Shown here piece after piece: positions 56,287 through 64,000 of a stretch of DNA of 64,000 nucleotides (within the stretch, counting starts at the first letter, position 1; the number at the start of each line of letters is the position of its first letter). The stretch is taken from the NCBI GenBank assembly GCA_951406725.2, contig OX597822.1, forward strand, positions 66,278,001-66,342,000, given 5' to 3'. Made by a program: the position numbers and the translations under genes. The notes under the pieces are model-generated. The model made no database searches, was not told the origin of the DNA, and worked only from the letters and a program-made list of their open reading frames with translations. This stretch comes from Octopus vulgaris. Taxonomy: Eukaryota.

Positions 56287-56519
56287 AGAGAGAGAGAATA
56301 AAAGAGAGAAATATATACCTTCTTGGGGACATGTAACTTTAAACGAAAATATTAAATACTTAGTACATATTGAGACTCATCCAGGGTTTTGACACCCACT
56401 TTCTCTCTCTATATATATATGTATACACACGTATATATGTATGTCTACATGTATATGTATATATATCTATATTTATAGATATAGATATGTAGACGTATAT
56501 GTTTATACGTATATATATA

Positions 56520-56991
<472 letters not shown>

Positions 56992-56993
56992 TA

Positions 56994-57189
<196 letters not shown>

Positions 57190-57190
57190 T

Positions 57191-57316
<126 letters not shown>

Positions 57317-57332
57317 TATATATATATGTATA

Positions 57333-57467
<135 letters not shown>

Positions 57468-58082
57468 AAATACATGTTTATAATGAATTCTGGTTACATT
57501 GGAAAAAAATAAAATGAGAAAAATGACCTATATTTAGACCCATATTGTAGAAAAGCATTCGGAGCGGTTATGTGGAGGTAATGGGAGACCTGTTAGCAGT
57601 ATACTACGAGTTCTCGGGTTCAATTTTTCCTGAGGTTCCGCGTTGAAGTGTTGTCATTATTGTATTGTTTAAAAACATTTTTATCCAATTCTCAACAATT
57701 TTTCAATTACTTTGTAAAAGATATTTTATATAGTCCTAAAACTGAAATGAATTATTTTAACGGAATATGTGTATATAAAGGTAGTGAATGTAAACCAATG
57801 AAAGCAAGCAAAACCCTCTCACTGCCCGTACTTAATAGGAAGATTCATGAACAAATTGCCTATGTATAATTTATACTTTTGAGAAAAGCTTTTGAAAAGA
57901 AAACACTGTTATGTATATATAACGCGTCCACGACTCCATACGTCTCATGAAATTTTACAAAGATTATTCTCATGGTAAGTATATCAATATCTATTTATCT
58001 ATATCCTTAAATGTTAACGGTTACTCTCACACTACCCGTACATATATCTGTGTGTGTGTGTGCTTGTGTGTGTGTGTGTGCT

Positions 58083-58113
<31 letters not shown>

Positions 58114-58534
58114 TGAAATAAAATAATGATTAATTTAAACATATTTTATAGCCTAGATTACGGTGTTGCTCTTTGGTCGAAATTGACGGACACTTGATGT
58201 TTGAATATCAGCGTGTGAGTTCAATTGTGATCTAAGACCAACACGGAAACATTTTATTGTTCTTTACAAAGCGTAAATTATATTAATATAATTTAGTTAC
58301 CCTTATACAGATACGTAATAACACGCTCAGTGTTCGGCGTATTTATTTTACAAATTTATTCTTCTTAATACGTTACATAAATAAAATATATAGCCAGAAA
58401 ATGATAAATATGCGCTGAATGAAATGCAAAATGTAATAACTGTATATCTAAAACAGACAAGCCTTGAAGCCATTCTACATGCTGCATTCGTGATTTTGCT
58501 ACCCAACACTTTATACATATATATACATATATAG

Positions 58535-58588
<54 letters not shown>

Positions 58589-60623
58589 TTATAAGTGTGT
58601 CTATATAATTAAATATATATATATGTATGCATATATACGCTTATACATATGTATATATAGGTCTATATTTGTGAGAATGTTTTGCGTAATAAGATAAAAA
58701 ACCAAGGCTGTGTAGATATTAGAGCATTTATAGATAGAAGGTCTTACAGCTGTTTCTATGATATTTATTAATTATATCCTGAGAAATCTCTCGTTCGTCG
58801 AAATCTGGTATCAAATTGTATTGCAGCAACTTTGGCAAATTTGTACTTCAGCAAATTTTCTGTAAATTTGGAGCTATTCAAGTTACCATCAAGTTTACTA
58901 ATATATTTGAACCAGCGCTTCTTATATATCCCCGAAACATCAGGCTCTAATCCTCAAACATCATTGTTTTCGTCGTGTAACGTGAGTCGTTTCGCAATCC
59001 TGAAGGCCTTCTGCAAAATACTCTCTTATTAATATTACGTTCATATATATAACAAATTTATATCCATACAATAAACAGTTGATTAAATAAAAGGCAGCGC
59101 AGCACTCCCGGTAATTCAACCTGCCCAATGCTTCTAAATTGCCAAATATTGTTCAGTTTCCACCAAAGTGCCACGATCGAGTGTTTGGTGTAAGTATAAC
59201 TTAAATATAAGCATCATTTTCTTTTTCCAATTCATTCGGTTAAATGGAGAATATCGGTTATTCTACGTGATAAAGTGCCCATCTGGGCACTTTATGTAGA
59301 AACATAAAATTATCCTACTTGTCCTACAATTTTCAGCGACGTACCAGTATGTGATCTAGAGTGTAACTTGTTTTAATACACGCGTTCATTAATGCGGTGA
59401 ACTAGCAGAAATCTACCACGCTGGAGTCGACTTTGGATTTTATCGTTTCGAGATGGATAAAATAAGTACCACTTGAGTATTTTGTCGATGAAATCAGTTT
59501 ATCCGTTCCCTGGAAAGTGTGTAAATATGTGTGATTGTGTGTGTGGTCATGCATGTGTGTGTATGTATTTTCATGTCTGCGTGAAGGTGAAGATAGATCG
59601 ATACATAGACAATTTCAACCCTAAATCATGAAACTTGAATTGAAAGCAATATAAAACGCAGGCAATTGGTATACTAGAAATATAACATCACTACATTTAA
59701 AACCACACAAGTTAAATCCATCCGCCTTAAATGTAGTCCAGACTGTAACAAGCATAAGGATAATGTCCCTATAGGAGTGGTGGCTTTCGCTAAGTACTAT
59801 CAAAATGACCTGAAAACATCCATAGGCTCCGCTTCTTCTTCTACAAATAAATACTGAAATAATAAACAATTTTTCATACTGGAAGATCATGAGAGATTGG
59901 TAAAATATGGTTTTATAACATTGACTTACGTTGAGATGTTTTGGTAAATAAAATGTATTGGCTTAACGCTTGTGCACAATACCAAACTTATTTTGATGAT
60001 TGATAGTACTCAGCAAAATAATACGTAAGTAGATCTCCTTATAATTCGATTGCATATAAGTTTTCTACTCGTAAATGTACTCGCGTTCATTTACGAAAAG
60101 AAGTCAAACGCTTCACACAGTATGTCCGTACGTGACGCTTTGTGTTGAAAACGTAAGTTGTAGACTAATGGAATCGTTAATTGGCTGTATACGTATAAAA
60201 AAATTACACTTATATAATCATTGAAATCAAAAAGGGGTGCAGGGGGTGTAACTTTTGTTGAAATATATACTTCAGTTCATTTATGAAAACACACTCAAAC
60301 ATACGCAAAAACGCACACAAAAGCACACATACACACAAATGTATATGTATAAATGTATGTAAAAATGTATGTTTGAGAGGCTGAGTGGATTTTATGTAGC
60401 TACACGTATCTGATTGACATAGATATATTGGTTTCGAATTTTAGCATAATTCTGGGGAAGAACGCTAGTCGACAACATGCTGCTAGGGATCTTGTCGAAT
60501 GTGCAAATGATTCTGCCAGCTCGCGACATCCACTAACCACTAAACACACATTAGCAGAATACATTTTCAAAGCCTGTACTATTCTTCTTATTATTATTAT
60601 TAATAATAATATTAATGATGATG

Positions 60624-60680
<57 letters not shown>

Positions 60681-61499
60681 TATTCCATGTTGTATTTTTA
60701 TATGAATAATATATAGTCTATTGACCAGTTTTTTCTTCTCGCTAGACCACTGGTAGCAGAGAAATTTTCTAAATTCTTTTGCTACCCTGGAATTTATTAA
60801 TAATAATATAATGATATTTGGCTAATTTTGGAAGAAAATCGGCAGTGTTTGTAACTGCTACCGATAAAAAAACGCGCTTGCGCGGTGAATTTTGAAAGAT
60901 TATAACATGTAAACACGTGACATGCTCTGTATCGCCTCGTGTTTATATGTTAATCTTGGCTTTCCTGCTGATGAGAGCTTCGCCTAGTAAATTATTTTAT
61001 TTGCTGAAGATAGCTTGAATTCATGGAGAGGAAATATAGGGTAAAGGTTTTTATTTTTCATTCCCTTTCGAAATTACCCCTAATAGTGGTTTGAAAAAGT
61101 TTCCAAATGTATTTTGATATCCATCTTCCTAGCAATTTCCAGAGTATACTTAAACTATCATTCGATATAATAACGATATACTTCAGTTTCGTGAGTTTCA
61201 TATTGTGCATGATGTGGCAACAGGTCATGTCTTTGCTCGGAGGATAACTTCGACTCACCAATCAGTCACACATAATTTTTATTATCTCCCATAAAGGGTG
61301 AACAAAGAGGGGGACAGCATAAACAAACTTTGAGGTCGACAAATGAGATCTAAAAATTTAAATTGGGATATATGATTAACCGAATGGTACACAAAAACAA
61401 TAATTACAAACACTAAAAACAAATGAGATAAAAATAAACAGGTATGCTCCGACCTCACGAGCCCTGTCTTTTCATCGATGCCTTGTTTATTTTCTTTTA

Positions 61500-61880
61500 T
61501 GACGTGTTAACGCAGGGCCTTTCACACCCAACATCCGTACGACACGCATCCATCGTTATTTAAGTACATTCTCATACAGACAGCTTCTTTTCAGCCACAC
61601 TTTTCTTTTCAAGTAAAACTTAAAGAGGTTCACTAAAGTGAGGCCAGATATGAAGTTGTCTGTCCTAATCCCTTTCATCCTTGTCTTCCAGATCGCCTCT
61701 TTCACCATTGCCACTACTACGAGAAAGCAATTCTTACCTTCATTCGTGAGGAAATCTGTTGGGTTGATTTTTAAAATCGACTCAGCTGATGGTTGTACTC
61801 TTCTCTCGTCGGACAACAAGTGTTCAGCATGAACACAGTCAGTCACACTCAAGTGGAAAGCCTCTGCGACATTTCTATAT
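61500..61880 (-). pseudogene. L1/Tx1-like LINE ORF2 extreme C-terminal fragment
   Basis: ..FLVVVAMVKEAIWKTRMKG..LVNLFKFYLKRKVWL..RW, resembling the K..IW..R C-terminal motif of L1/Tx1 ORF2; no RT motifs visible. Confidence 0.5.
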
Positions 61881-63134
61881 ATATGATAAGGCAATAACAC
61901 ACAACAATTTACATGCAAGCAGACCGCAGAATGTTTATAGTCTAAAAATTTACACTCTTTATGTGAGTTTAATTTATGACAGAAATTACAATCATACAAC
62001 CATATAAATATAATTCTGCTCTATAATTAACGCTTCATATAGACATATAAAAAAATTCTGCGCTGCCATCCCCTCAGAATTGAAGCCACACACAGAACTT
62101 CAAACAGCAGGTGTTCTTCAATTTCGACCAAATGGCAACGCTAACATTTGTTTAAATATGAACATCATTCCCCCCCCCCACTCACACACACAGTAAAGAG
62201 TAAAGAGATTGAAAGTCTTGCTATATTGCATATATCACCATGCAAAATCATATGGAAATTGTGAGCAATATGATCATAATAAATATATAATTAAAAGAGC
62301 CGCTCACAGCGATGTACGTCGGACGAGATTAAAGAGTGCTTGGCAGTTGTCTGTCTGTGAGCGAGTTCAATTCTGTCCACGTCCATTGCCGTTCATATTT
62401 TTTTTTTTATAAATCATTAATAATAAAAATCATGTAATTTTAATACACTTATACAGGTAATTAAAAACTCGCATAATTTCTCGATGTAAATTATAGAATA
62501 ACATTGTCTAAATAAACTACATAAATCCGAGATAAGGTCAGTATATGATAAATGTAATCCAAAGAATATGAAAAAATTAAATATTTGCAAATGAGAAGCG
62601 AATATTATTTGCGGCCATGCTACATGGTGTTGGTAACTAAGGAAAATAACTTAAATTTACAACAACATTCCTGGATATTTCACGTTACATGTATTTAATA
62701 TGTATTTAATATACTCTATTTAATATGTCACCGTCTATATGTAGAATATATAACTCCCTAAACATTATATACATTGTATGGTATCAAAATGGAAAGAATC
62801 TTGCAGGAATTTGCATGACAAAAATTTATCGAAATAATTAAATGTAATCTACAACATCAACATCAGTTCTGGTCGATTATAACATCGTTATGTCGAAGTG
62901 CCCGGTAATAATTTATTTTTTAATACGTTGCGACTGAATACAACGCGATTCTCAGAAAATTTTAGCTTTGTTTTGGTTGTATCACACATGCCATTATCTC
63001 TGACTTTTTCACTTGAATATATAAACGCAAAAGTTTGACAGTAAAAATGATTCTATTCAAATGAAATATAAATAAATATTAGAAAAAAATATATATATGT
63101 ATATATATATGTATATATGTATGTATATATACAC

Positions 63135-63181
<47 letters not shown>

Positions 63182-63286
63182 TACATATATATATACATGC
63201 ATATATATATACATATATATATATATACATATATATATATACATACATATATATATACATATATATATATATACATACATATATAT

Positions 63287-63367
<81 letters not shown>

Positions 63368-63524
63368 TGGAAAATATGAATTAAATTCGTTAATGCTGAA
63401 ATATCAAAAAAACATTTGGAAACTTTTTCATCTCTGTTGTTTGTTCTTTCAGATAAAAAAAAATTTTGTTAGTTTGAACGTCCCACAACATTGCATATAT
63501 CGCGATATATTACGTTGCTATAGC

Positions 63525-64000
63525 TCTAGGAAAACTGCAGGTTGGGAAGGCAACTGGAAGGTACCTAATAGTTGGATATGGAGACAAGAACCTAGCTTTT
63601 TATAGAAACCAATTCATATGTATATTCAAAAGCATTATGCAATATCAGACTGACCTACCAAATTGGCTTGCTAGAGCAAGGACAGATCTTGTAGCCAAAA
63701 ATGAAATCATCGAGATGGCTGGAAACTACAAGTCAATTGCTTGCCTAAACATGTTGTACAAACTGTACACAAGTTGCCTCAACCAATTACTCCATGTCCA
63801 TTTTGAGCCGAGAAACATTGTGACTAATGAACAAGCTGGTGAAAAGAAGGGAGTGTGGGGGAGAACAAAACAGCTTTTAATAAATATAGCTGAACTGTCT
63901 CAGGTAAGAAAGCAAACTTAGAGACCTTGTGATAGTATGGCTTGACTATAAGAAGGCATTCGCCTCTATCCCTCATTCATAGATATTGAAGTGCCCTCAT
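63525..64000 (+). pseudogene. second R4/Dong-like RT fragment (N-terminal RT motifs), runs off the window
   Basis: PNWLARARTDLVAK..NYKSIACLNMLYKLYTSCL..EQAG..G..KQLLIN..VWLDYKKAFASIPHS*. Confidence 0.85.

Overview
AT-rich, microsatellite-laden eukaryotic DNA with no intact host protein-coding gene I can support. The SINE families suggest an octopod cephalopod (Octopus), which is my inference from recalled repeat sequences. Nearly all ORFs in the track are (TA)n/(CA)n/(AAT)n artefacts or SINE translations. Real coding remnants are all transposon-derived: a Tc1 DD34E element with IR/DR termini, mariner DD34D copies, a Helitron Rep N-terminus, two R4/Dong-like RT-RLE fragments, an RTE-like fragment and an L1/Tx1-like fragment. 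There are about 18 tRNA-headed SINE copies or fragments from several families. Two signals go beyond ordinary repeat annotation. (1) A set of short non-coding elements carries minimal type-I hammerhead ribozyme motifs and is inserted as head-to-head inverted (Penelope-style) structures. It includes a tRNA-headed hammerhead SINE with a 14-bp TSD (25650-28375) and a 288-bp palindrome whose hammerhead has a compensatory G3-C8 core swap (15969-16256). (2) A local cluster of at least 7 diverged copies of a unit with splice-site-bounded, indel-free 51-nt and 28-nt blocks showing synonymous-type substitutions (52.2-63 kb) may be a hidden or decayed micro-exon gene family.
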